Source: Phoronis australis
Lineage: Eukaryota; Animalia; Phoronida
Reading direction: 5' to 3'
NCBI GenBank assembly: GCA_002633005.1
Contig: NMRA01000058.1
Location: 225,585-289,584 of the forward strand
Length of the DNA stretch: 64,000 nucleotides
Part shown: one piece after another, positions 51,294 to 62,905 of the stretch
How positions within the stretch are numbered: the first letter of the stretch is position 1
How the letters are laid out: every line of letters begins with the position of its first letter
Made by a program: the position numbers and the translations under genes
Notes under the pieces: model-generated
The model's database searches: none
Told to the model about the DNA's origin: nothing
What the model saw: the letters and a program-made list of their open reading frames with translations, nothing else

Positions 51294-53701
51294 TATGTGT
51301 CATGACTAACATATTATTCCTATACCTGAGCTGTGTTTAGTGCTAAGGGAGCAAACTCAAATCACCTGATAATGGAAACCTGCAGGGAGTCGAAATATAT
51401 CGAGGCTTTTCATTTCATGCAAATCTAACCATTGAATATGCAAACAACATAAGCTACAGTATTTTTTGTTATGAAACTTGCTCTGAATTGCTCCCGCGTA
51501 TCAATAGGTCATTCGACTAGGACAGCATGTCGCCCTTTTTTTTCGGTGATACGTTTTTCAGCTGGAGTTCCAAAATTTGGACTTTGGTCAAAATGAGGTA
51601 GTTTGCTATCTATCTTAAGTTTGCTGATAATCATATGGCACTTCAGTCCTATAAAAGTTGTAGATATTTTTCCAATGTGTATTTTCTCCTGTATTAAGTT
51701 GCATAATTAGCTACTCAAATGCATGTGTCGGTTATAGAGTGCTGATTCAAATTTCGCGTTGTCAATTTAGTCGCTTGCTGTAAAGCAGCCTACGAAGTTT
51801 CAAAATCGCACGAGCATTCCAGATCTTCACTACTAAGTTTGTCACAAAATAAAACATCACCAGTATTACGGAACCAACTTCGTTCACCGGTTAGCCCTGG
51901 GTATTGTTTTCTCAAAAAGTCTTGTACTCACTGTGATCTTTCGTCTAGACGAATCACATGAAGTTTATCATCTACTGGCTCAATTCGAGCACACAGGGTT
52001 GATGTTTTTTGCTGTTGGAGCACCGAGACGCGGACCAAAGTTAAACCTAAATTAGGATGAGAACATCCCACGGAAGAGAAAATTGTATTTATTTAAACCC
52101 TACAAAAGCTGTGGTCTGAAAATTTGCTCGCCTTCTGTGCGACTTGCCAGTGATCTTCTACTCACCCAGCTCCACTTTTAGTCACTTTGATGATTGGTGA
52201 GTGCCTAAGTATATCTCTGTTAAATCCATCATTTTTTAATCCAACAGTCTGGAGCCTGTCTTTTTATTTCTCAAGCTTTTGAAGAGGACTTCTGAAATTT
52301 TCCTCTTTTTGTCTATCGAAAAGAAGATAGCACTGGCCAAAGTTCATAAGCATCTGTCAACCCCACAAGTGGTGTATGGTTCCACTAACCTCACAACTTA
52401 TATCCACCCTCCTCTCTATCGGCTATGTTGGTCTGAAAGAGCATTATGTGTTTATTAAATAATACTGAGGAATCCTTTGATTGTGTACTGATTTTTTAAA
52501 TTATCTTCAAGAGCATTTAAGAGCCATTCCTCGAGAAAATCAACAGAAATCACTCTAGGGTCATCTTCCAGATTCAGCTTAAACTTTGTGTATGTGATCA
52601 TGGTGTGGCTCTGATTCAAAAATCACCTATTTTGCACCTACTGACCTCTTAGTTTTTTACCTATAGGACTTCAAAGGTTTACAAAGAAAATGACATGCTG
52701 TTTGCATGCCGGAAACGGCAATTTCCAAATATAAAAAACAAGAAGATTGCATGCAATGAGAGAAAACATAAGGATTAGGAAGTGGGACATGAGGACTACC
52801 AAATGAAACTGGCATTAGTGTTTTCGCTGCATTCATCACGTGACAGGGGAGATAAATCTGTAAGCAATTTTCTATAGTCCTGAAATTGAGTGTCACTCAA
52901 GTGCTTCTACAAGCCAGTTTGCTAGGCTGTGGACATTGAAATATGTTTTTGGATACATCTTGGATATAGGAACAAATTTATCGAATGGTCTTTTTCATTT
53001 TTTGTTCTAAAAATACCCCAACGTTTTATATTCTACACTTTTTAAACAAATGTTTTTGTAACTTTGTTACATTTTAAATGGCATTTTTATCTCCTTTGTT
53101 GCTTAATGTATATTAAATAACAAGCACTTCATTGTTACACAAATGTCTTATATTTCATCATTCACTAAAGTCAGCACATTACTTTCCTACTGTAAAATGT
53201 AAGTGTTACATCTATTTAAAAATAGTGCACTGACATTAAAATCTTGAATTTGGAAGTTCTTTTTTGATTTAAGACACTAAAGCCTGTCAGGAGTAGTGAG
53301 AAACTCCAGTGTTTATTTTTAGAGATGGTCATGTTTCCTCGTCAAAGTTTTTTCATGTCAGACTCCATTTTGTTAGTATGCATTCTTTACAGGTATTGTT
53401 TGTTTCAAATTTGCAAAATGGACACTTGTTTTCTCGGAAAATGTTTGATTTTTTTTAGTGTCCAAATTTTACCATTCCCTAAAGTCATACAAAGCAGATA
53501 ACACGCTAACTGTAAGTATGATAAATTTGTGCTAAAGGCATTTCCAGCATTTAATACTGAACCAGGTATTTTATTACTTCTAAGATGTTATCGAGCATTC
53601 ACTTTTTCTGTTATCATCCAAATGCATGTCTACTAAATCCCAAACAGTTTTTTTATTCTTTGATGCGACAACAATCCTTTATCTTAAATATAGTCCTGGC
53701 C

Positions 53702-55498
53702 TCAACCTTCGTTGTTACCACTATGCTCAGTCAGTTTGATCTCTTCGTGGGTTGGAAGTGTTTGAAAAGTCTCTCCTTCCATTGAAATGTTGAACATCCT
53801 CTCTAAATTTATATTCACTTCTAGCGGAATCACAGAATTATCTCTTTCGTCATAAGTGGTTGGTTTTAGTGGGATTCGCTTGGCATTCTTGAATTCCCAT
53901 GATCGCACATCTTGTACTGGTCGACGCTTCAGTTGTTGGGGGCTCTCACAGCGAATGTCGTGGATGTGGAAGAACTCGACTGTGCGGTTTTTCAACCAGT
54001 TATGCATCCACTTCATTGGTCGATCGCAAGTCCAAGGGTTGTGTGAGAGCTTGATCATTCTCAGTGCTGGCAAGTGATATGGGAAGTCACGTCTCAACTT
54101 ATGCAAGCCATTATTCATTAAGTTCAAATCCTCTACTTTATGAAGGTAGCCAAACTTCACTTCACGATGGGCGATCATCTTTCCGATCTGAGGACTTGAG
54201 CTAACGTCAAGGAATTGCAAATTTTTAGCCTTGGCAAAGATGTGTCTTCCCATGGAGGTGACATAAGGTATCTGAGACATCTGTAGGATAATCATTTTCC
54301 TCAATCCATGCAGGGCATTACCATCGATACGGGCAATGGGGTTTCTTGACAAATCCAATGCGTCTAAATTGATCAAGTCTCTGAACACGTTCTTCTTCAA
54401 CCAGTTCAGTTTGTTGTCGGACAACTTCAGATTCCTCAGTGTGGTCAGTCCCTTGAATGCCGCTCCATGTATCTTGGAAATTTGATTGTTCTGGAGCTCC
54501 ATTGTTTCCAAGTGTTTCAGACTTTTGAACACGTGTCCTGGGAGTTCGGTGATTTTGTTTTTCTGCAGGAAAAGCGTTCTTGTGTTTGGAGGTAATCGGC
54601 GAGGAATGTAGGTGAGAAGGTTGTTGTCCAAATAAAGGTTGTAGATGTACTTAAACTTTGACCAAATCATATGTTCAATGTCAGTGATGTTGTTCCAGCT
54701 GAGAGTGAGAAAGCCTAGTTGTGTGGTATTCCGTAAATCATCAGCAGACACGCTGACTATAAAATTCAGTTCATAGCGAAGGTCTCGTAGGGGTTTAGGC
54801 AGACCTTTAATCATTGATTGCAAAGAGCAGTTTGTGAATTCAGCCATAACCAATCCCCGGCTAGGAATATTCAGACGACGGAGGGATTTCAGTGGGTTGT
54901 AACCGAGAAAAAGGTACTTCAACCTGATCATTTTAACAAATGCATTCTTAGCAATGAATGTTATCTGATTTCGACTCAGGTCTATAAATTTAAGCTTTTT
55001 GTTGTTCATAAATGTTTTATCACTTATTGTCATTATCCTGTTGTTTTTCAGTGAAAGTGTTTGAAGACGTTCATTTTGCGAAAACATGTTTTCAATCTCT
55101 ACCAATCTGTTGTCACTCAGTAGAATAGTGAGCACTTTCTCCATGCTGGCAAATGAATCTTGCGATAAATTTTGCAGCTGATTTTGACCAAAATCGATGT
55201 ATTTCATGCGTCTGAGACCACGAAGAGCCCCTGGTTGGATGTAGGCTAATCCGTTGCTTCCCACCAATAATGTTCTTAAGTTGTCAAACTTTTTCATCAT
55301 TGCTATGGTGATCATTGGCAGACGATTATTCCGAAAATCTAGCAATTTGGTGCGCCTCGGTGTACCACGTGGGATGTTGTACATGTGCTGTCCACTGCAG
55401 TAGATTTTGTCATCTTTGCATGGGCACACTGTTGGGCATGAATTAATCATGTGAATTCCTATTATAACTAAACTAAAGATGGGTAACACTGACTTCAT
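53702..55498 (-). CDS. Secreted leucine-rich repeat protein (signal peptide, LRRNT, about 19 LRRs, LRRCT, no TM), nested antisense in an ACAP intron
   Basis: Uninterrupted 598-codon ORF from ATG at 55498 (the ORF track starts at an upstream GTG). Hydrophobic leader MKSVLPIFSLVIIGIHMINS, N-cap CPTVCPC-x6-C, repeated LxxLxLxxNxI units, C-cap NPWTCD...RCESP. Confidence 0.93.
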   Translation of the reverse strand: MKSVLPIFSLVIIGIHMINSCPTVCPCKDDKIYCSGQHMYNIPRGTPRRTKLLDFRNNRLPMITIAMMKKFDNLRTLLVGSNGLAYIQPGALRGLRRMKYIDFGQNQLQNLSQDSFASMEKVLTILLSDNRLVEIENMFSQNERLQTLSLKNNRIMTISDKTFMNNKKLKFIDLSRNQITFIAKNAFVKMIRLKYLFLGYNPLKSLRRLNIPSRGLVMAEFTNCSLQSMIKGLPKPLRDLRYELNFIVSVSADDLRNTTQLGFLTLSWNNITDIEHMIWSKFKYIYNLYLDNNLLTYIPRRLPPNTRTLFLQKNKITELPGHVFKSLKHLETMELQNNQISKIHGAAFKGLTTLRNLKLSDNKLNWLKKNVFRDLINLDALDLSRNPIARIDGNALHGLRKMIILQMSQIPYVTSMGRHIFAKAKNLQFLDVSSSPQIGKMIAHREVKFGYLHKVEDLNLMNNGLHKLRRDFPYHLPALRMIKLSHNPWTCDRPMKWMHNWLKNRTVEFFHIHDIRCESPQQLKRRPVQDVRSWEFKNAKRIPLKPTTYDERDNSVIPLEVNINLERMFNISMEGETFQTLPTHEEIKLTEHSGNNEG

Positions 55499-55603
55499 TG
55501 TCCTGAGAAACTCCACGGTCTACTTCTTGTGTTGTCTAATCAGCTTCATTCAGTTTGTGGATGGTTTCAGTTGTACTGCACCTCTATGAGATTCAGCATA
55601 TGC

Positions 55604-55620
55604 CTGTAGCAATAGAAAAA
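55604..55620 (-). promoter_or_regulatory. Candidate splice acceptor of the LRR gene coding exon (implies upstream 5' UTR exons)
   Basis: Minus strand reads tttttctattgctacag|GCA about 105 nt upstream of the ATG; candidate minus-strand donors GTAAGT at 56223 and GTAAGC near 57012. Confidence 0.55.
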
Positions 55621-58329
55621 TGAGATGAATGAACACATGAACAATAAGATGCATCAGATGAATGAACACATGAACAATCCAACCTTCTGAAGCAAGAATT
55701 GCATTTTGAATGATATCCAATCTAAATTACTCCCTCTAAGCCATTTTCTAACTGTTTTGAATGCTTCAATTCACCTGCACTCCTTGAACTTGAGTAAAGA
55801 ATGAATGTGCATATCCGATCATGTAAAATGGGGATAAATTGAGACTGTTTGCATTGACATAACTGTCTCAAAACCAAAATATTGCTTGGTAAATGTCTTT
55901 TCCTACTCCTGACCAAAATAAGCAACTTTCATAATAATTTATAAGGTTGTATGCCTTAATCAGACATGAACAAACATAACTAGGCATTAAATTGCTTTGT
56001 GAGTTTTTCAAGAAAAATATTTATTGTTGTTGATATCTTAGCACCCTGTCACCTGTTATTCAGTGCTACCCTTGAACCCCCTTAGGGTGAATGTTTGTTT
56101 TACCTATGTGCTATTCATTGTGGCAAATGATCCTATGTTACACCCCTTGTCCATTGTTGGGTGGTTTAAAGAGGAGTTACACACCAGAAGTAAAGAACAA
56201 AATATTGGTGAATTAAAACTTACCCTGTTTGTTTCATAAAAGTTGTAACATTTTGTATTTTCTGGACAGATGGTGCTTGCTTCTGTTTGAGTAATTCATC
56301 CATATAAGATGGTGTTGCTCATGTGTTGTTTAAATTCAGATAGTTTTTATCTTCTTAAGATTTGGTAAGGTAGACAAGATAGTATTCAGATATTCAGCAG
56401 ACAGTTGGCACTGAATAGGTCACTTACTAAATGGCTTATGACCCTAACAAGCCTGTCACTTCAGCATGGCTTGCTCTAAAATTCTGTGAAGTAATTTATG
56501 GGTGTGCGCATAAGCCAAACAGTGGGTGCTTAATTGAAAATTCTCATAAGCAAAGATGGGCAATTAGGTGTGCATGGATGTTAATCCAAACGTTTACATT
56601 AAAAATCGCCACTAGAAGCATCCTGTTCATGGTGCAGCTTTGCCCCATTTCAACGTTTGCCAATGCTTTTGTATGTTTGACAACTAGTCTGTGGTTTAGT
56701 TGTTCCATTTCTTGTTCATCCTCATATTTAAATGACATTGGGGTCAATCTCCTTGACATATTCGCCTTCTCTATATACACACAGCAAATTGCTTTGTGTA
56801 AAATATGCCCAGTTTACTTAACCCAGGGAGTTACTATAGGTGCAGCAATGTATTTTGTACCACTTTATCCATAACTTCTTTGTAAGTACAAACTACAAGA
56901 GCCTTGAAAATGAGTTGCTTTCCAAGCTTTTTATAACATAAAGAATGTGTAGAGTCGAGGGCTATATTTCCAATTGGCCAGTTATGATAAAAATATAGCA
57001 ATGATCGCTTACCTTACAGAATACTGGTTTTTGGTCATTACCTTCCCATTGACTCTGATCTTGTGCAACATAAGTTTTCAATTTCAACAATCAGACTTGT
57101 GTGTGTCAGCTAAAATTGAAGTTCCATGGTTTAAATCTAAATCATCCTGTGCTGTGCTAATAGTCCTGTGATTCCTGTCTGCATTCACACCACTACAAAC
57201 AGCAAGTGTGCACTACAGTTAATTTTTCATGTCCATGTTCTGGGCCATCGGTTTAATCAGACAGATGCTTTTTGTGGGGGCAGTCTGTTCCTAAATTATT
57301 GGACTTGATCTGAATGTTGACATGTCTCTAATTGTTAAAAAGGTGTCCAAGTACCAGAAAAAAAAAACAATTGCTATGCATCAATTGGAAAATATTCAGT
57401 CTGGAAATCTTTGATGATCATTATCGTTGTCCTTTATTATTGACGACTGAGCGTGTAGCTGGAACTGTAGTAAGTATGCATGAAAAAATTGGCACATGTT
57501 GTAGAAAACAGGAGCTAAATAACAACATAGAAAATTTAAATCATTGGTGTTCAGAAACGGTGGTTACAACGCTAGATATATTACATAGAGTTACAAATTT
57601 CAACAGAGATGGCAGAGAACAAAAGGGGAGGTGTGATACAGTCAAGGCATCAAGGCCTGTCTTTAGGTTTTTAAGCAGCGATGTGTTGACATTGATCATC
57701 AAAGCTGGCTTACAAAAGTGTTATAAACTAGTAAATTTAGTATGTACACAGGTTTTAAAAAAGAACCTGTCATGGAGATGTATGCTACAGCAATTTGCAA
57801 GTCAGTATTTAGAAAACAGTTGGCCAAGATTTGCTGTTCTGATCAACTGTTAATAATTGAGAAGGGGAGACAGTTGGGAACCTGTAAAGATCAAAGAAAG
57901 GAAGTTGAGAGGACGAAGTTCAATTTTTGTTAGAATGTACAATGTATGAAAATTCGCAAAACCAGTTTTTACTTTACCAGAGGTCCAAATTGGAATAAAC
58001 AAAACTGAAGTTTTTGTAAATTGGATGTGCTTTGGCACTGTAACACAGCTGCCAAACATTACCAGAGGAGGTGGGGAAAGTGTATAAAGCACCTTTTTAC
58101 AACAGTTGTGCTGTTTATGTTATTGTGATAGTGAAAGAGGCCCGGTGGCCTATTTGCATTAAATAGCTATACAATTGTATGTTCTTTCCATTTTTAAACC
58201 ACACTAGCAATCTGTCTACTGGCCGACAAAATTATGTTTACTTATTCTTCTTCTGACCAAGTTTGATTCTTCATAACTCCAAAATGAGTGCAGGTAAGTT
58301 CTTTAAATTTGTTGTATGACATTAACCTG

Positions 58330-59720
58330 TTCATAAATTTTGATGCAAAGGTTCTATAATTTCCAAAATGCTACTCCTTCAGTTTTAAAGGTTCCCTCTT
58401 CAAAATTAGAAGAAAAGGTGTAAGACAATAAGACAATTTAAAAAACTACTTTTCTGAGTAATCAGGCCATCCAGTCGGATTAAATAAGTCAAAGGTCATA
58501 GTGTGCAAACTAAGATTTTGAGCTGGACTCTTCAAATTCACATATCCGATTGGAACATGTAATTGGACTCTAAACCCAATGTTTCAGGTCATTTAGTCCA
58601 ACCACGGGGTCATTTGGTGTACTTTTATTCTGACATTTTGACTTTTTCATTCAACACTTATTCTGATGTGTCAACAGTTAGACAACTGTGAGTCTCAGCT
58701 TTAAACACACTTTCACAGACTTTGCAGTAATTTTACTAAAGGGCTTATAATTCACTGGATAGGGTCAGTTAGTGCAAAAGTCATCCAATTTTCAAAGTGT
58801 TACTTCTCTTACATTTTCCAAGGAATGCTCTTCATTTTCAGCACACAGGTGCAAGCCAACACACTAATAAATAATTCACTTTACTAAGCAACCGGGCCAT
58901 CCAATCAGAAACAATTGGTCTAAGGTCATTGAATGCAAACTAAGATTTTGAGCTAGACAATTCAGTTTTACACATTTGCTTGGTACATGTAATTGAGTTC
59001 CAATTGTAGACTTTCAGGTCATTTGGAGCAACCATGAAGGTCATTAGGTGTATTTTTCTGCTGAAATTTTGACTTTTCCATTCAACACGTATTCTTATCA
59101 ACAGTTGGACAACTGTGATCATTAGCACTAAACTCACTTGTCACAGACTCTGCAATAATGCTACGAAACGGGCTTATAGTGCACCACATAACGTCAATTG
59201 GTGCAAAGGTCATCTAATTTTCGAAATGTTATTCTTCTGCATTTTCAAGGCTCTCTCTTCAATTTCAGCACACAGATATAAGCATATGTGCCAGTCAAAT
59301 ACACTACTTTACTAAGCAGTTGGCTATCCAATCAGAAATAGGTCAAAGGTCATTGGGTCCAAACTAAGAGTTTGAACTATACACTTCAAATTCACATATT
59401 TGCTTAGTAATTGTAATTCAGTTCGAATTAAAGTTTCAGGTCATTTGGTGCCAACATAAGGTAATTAGGTGCATTTTTCGTCTGAAATTTTGACCTTTTA
59501 TTCAATACGTATTCTCAGGGGGGAATTTTGAGTTTTATTCTTAAGTGCTAAAGTAAGACATCTGTGATTCTTAGCATTGACCACTCTTCTGATCGAGTTT
59601 ACACGTATTCTTTCATCTGAGCTAATGCACTGGAAAGGGTCCATTAGTGTAAAGGTCATCAGATTATTAACATGTTGTTTTGTCCTATAGTTTTAAAGAA
59701 TTCTTTTTAATCTTGGTAAA
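58330..59720 (+). repeat. Tandem array of about three ~430-bp units
   Basis: tgcaaaggtcat...aatttt.aaa.tgtta anchors near 58345, 58772, 59202 and 59648; ggccatcca.tc.ga and aaactaagattttgagct recur once per unit. Confidence 0.8.
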
Positions 59721-60496
59721 TAGGCTGTTGTCAATAACTCCCCATACCAATTTCAGTTAAACACGCGCATCAATCCCTTATTGTCACACCGTTTGTCACA
59801 TCTAGTTTGTTTCTTGTTTTTACATTTGGAGCTTTAAACCTATGTCAGTATTTTTCCAACTCCTTTTGTGATAGAATCAGAATTGTTATTCTGTGGTCAG
59901 CAAAACACTTGTATGCTGCCCATTTGTGGTTTTGTTGCTGTTTGAATAAGCAAAATAACACTTGCCTGAGAGTTTGTTAATGCAACAAGTGTTTTGGACA
60001 AACTTGTATTTACATGCAGCTCATTAACCCAATAAAGAGGTGGATTCTTGTGTTCATTATGCTGGACCTTGACAAGTCTGTACATTTAGCCAAATATCTA
60101 CAAAACTATATATTTTATTTCAGCTAAAGTTTATATTTTCTGAAAGTAGAATTTCTGTAGAATTTGGTTTTTGACTTTATACCAATGTGCCACTTATATT
60201 AGGTAATGTCGTCTTGCTTTTTAGGAAAATTTAGCAAAAAAGAAACTTTCATTCATAGCAAAAGAACAGGATCAATAACATATCCAAATTTTTTATGATG
60301 TAAATGTTCAAAATTAAACCTTAGAAACGCTGTTTTAAAATTATCATTTCATTTTTGTTTTGAAACCAGGTCTTCCAAACAGGTAGAATTAATTGTAAGC
60401 TAGGATTCATCAAATTTAAGCTTAGTGACCCATCTGTAACCTATTGCAAAATTGAGGTGAATTGCTATCAAACTTTGTTGTTAAAAATTAGTATCA

Positions 60497-60720
60497 TTTT
60501 TATACGCCCACATATTTTTATGTGGATGCATTACGCTGTCGTCTCCGTCCGTCCGTCTGTCCGGCGTCCGTCCGGCGTCCGTCCAGCGTCCGTCCAGCGT
60601 CCAGTGTCCGCTGCTCTATCTCCAAAACGCCTTGTCGTATGTTCATGAAATTTTGCACATTGTGTTCCTTCCGTAGATGGGACGGCATGAGCAAACTTTC
60701 GGACAGATTCAATATTGGCA
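60497..60720 (+). mobile_element. HINE/DINE-1-like 5' end with (CCGT)n microsatellite, interrupted by an LTR
   Basis: tttttatacgcccacat...atgtgg hairpin followed by cgtccgtccgtc repeats. Confidence 0.65.
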
Positions 60721-61110
60721 TGTGTTTATGACAGGTTTTCACGGTTAATTAACTGAGGTATTTACTGTACTTGTTCAGTTTAAAGTTATTAATTGTTACC
60801 TCTTGACATATATTTAACTTAGATGTTTCCTGTACATATTCAGTTTAAAGTTGCTAATTGCTACCTCTTGACATTTAGTTACAAATCATCCCAGTCCAAG
60901 CTAATCTTCCCCATTGGTTAGTTTTATATCTGGCGCACATTCTGATTGGTCGAATAGGTTCACTTGCATGTTATTTGTTACATCCTTATACTTTCTCACC
61001 AGTAGCTTTTAATACATCATACCGAACACAAGCATTTTTCTCTTCGAACCACCTCGGGTTTTATTCATACACAGTGTAACCCACATCTTTTTGGTGCCGT
61101 GGCCCGGATA
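60721..61110 (+). mobile_element. LTR plus tRNA-His primer-binding site (LTR retrotransposon 5' end)
   Basis: Homolog of 28161-28460 ending CCCACA at 61085, then TGGTGCCGTGGCCCGGAT, close to the complement of the tRNA-His 3' end. Confidence 0.7.
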
Positions 61111-61765
61111 TGTCACACTAGATATGTCACACTAGATCTGATAAACAAAACATGTCTGCTTTTCATGTGGGGGTGATGTCCTTGGGTTTAACTAGCTGAC
61201 TCTGAAGAGTGTTAAATGGTTTTAAAGAAAGCGTTTACTTTTTGTCGTTTGAAGACGCGACTTAGCTCCTCGGACAATCCATGCACGTATAGGGTCCAAG
61301 CAGGTATCTTGGGTCTGCTATCACTAGTACTTTTGAGGCTACATTTGCGAAGAAATTCCAATGCCCATGTATGTGCTAAAGTTCACTCTTCTTTTCCTTA
61401 TCCTCAGTGATGTATCTTTCTGCATGATTCAGTACAGTAAAGTTCTCACAACAGACTGTGTTGAACAGGTGGGTGGACTTGGAAGTTCAAATATTGGCTT
61501 GTGTGGGTGGGCTTACAGTATATCATGATCTTGGTAGAGCTATGGTCTTTCACATTCACATATATGCCTAGGAATGGTAATCCACGGTCAAGTTCAGTTT
61601 CCTTGGTGAAAAGTATATCTTCCCCATATGGTAATACACAAACTCAATACTTCTCTGAGACCCACTGTCTCGTGCTGTGGCAGTATAACGCACAAGGCCA
61701 CTAAGTATTTAGTTTAGGTACCCCTGCGTGGTAGTAGCCCTCACAGTGTCACTTAAATTCAAGAC

Positions 61766-62905
61766 ATGATAGGCAAACTACGAGATCTAGTTGTCATCTC
61801 TGGCACTGAACTCATCTCATATGACGGCAGTGCACTATTCACGAGTATACCTGTCAACAACTCTCTTATTATCGTACCTACTTTCAACAGTGTCATGGAG
61901 CACACATGGGTTCGCCTATGTCACCGATTGTCTGTGGTATCTACATGGAGCACTTCACGAAGAAAGCTCTTGCCACTACTTTGTCTCCACCTGCATTACG
62001 GTTAAGATATGTTGATGACACGTTCACGATCCATGTCACATTAACAGCTTAGATGAAAACATGCTTTTCACCATGGAACCTGAGGTCAATTATCATTCCT
62101 AGACTTATGTGTGATTGTGAAATATGGTAGCTCCAAGATTACAGAATACTGTAAATCCACCCACGCAGACCAATATTTGAACTTCCAAGTATAACCACCC
62201 TGTCCAACATAGTCGGTTAAGAGAACGCTACTGAACCATGTAGGAAGATACGTCACTGAAGATAAGGAAAGGAAGAGTGAACTTCAGCACATCTGCCGTG
62301 CTTTGAATGCTAACGGCTATGAGTCATGGGCATTGAAACTTCCTTGCACACATAGCCCCACCAGTACTAGTGATGACAGACCTAGGATAACTTCTAGGAT
62401 CCCATACGTTCATGGTTTGTCAGAAGAGCTATGCTACATCCTCAGATGCATGAGGTCAACTCTTACTTTAATTCCATTAAAGTAAACACTTTGCTGAGTC
62501 AGCTAGTTAAACCTAAGGACGTCACCACACTTGAGAAGCAGTCATGTGTTGTTTATCAGATCCACCATCCTCACGTATACATCGGTTAAACCAAACGTGC
62601 TCTCGGCACCTGCTTTGCAGAACACCAAAAATCAACAAACTTACTGCTGTTGGTGACCACTTAGTTTCATCTGGTCACGCCATCAATATGGACAATGCAA
62701 ACATTTTGTCCAAAGAGGAGCATTGGATTTCCCGTAAGATTAAAGAGACCGTTTACAATAAGCAGTGCAACCCCCAACACTTAACTGTGACCAGGGATTG
62801 CAACCTATTTACGATCATTCAGGTGTTACTTCCGGTTTCACAAAGGCGAGAACAGAACAGTCATGTGATCAAGGGTTTGAGCTGCAGGCTTGAAACATCA
62901 TGCTC
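61766..62905 (+). mobile_element. Decayed Penelope/Poseidon-type retroelement (RT plus GIY-YIG)
   Basis: ELISYDGSALFTSIPV, LRYVDDTF, KSTHADQYLNF, IPYVHGLSEEL, CVVYQI, AVGDHL, RKIKE motifs across frameshifts. Confidence 0.88.

Noticed and set aside
52324-52371. Possible 48-nt in-frame ACAP microexon (KIALAKVHKHLSTPQV) after a pyrimidine tract
   Set aside because: Weak donor and no recognisable homology; cannot be supported without RNA-seq.
51503-52995. Possible ISL2EU-like TIR pair (ataggtcattcga / tcgaatggtct)
   Set aside because: The match is short and imperfect, with no TSD or coding remnant.
56431-57853. ORFs of 147 and 173 aa upstream of the LRR gene
   Set aside because: No domain motifs and random-looking composition; likely chance ORFs.
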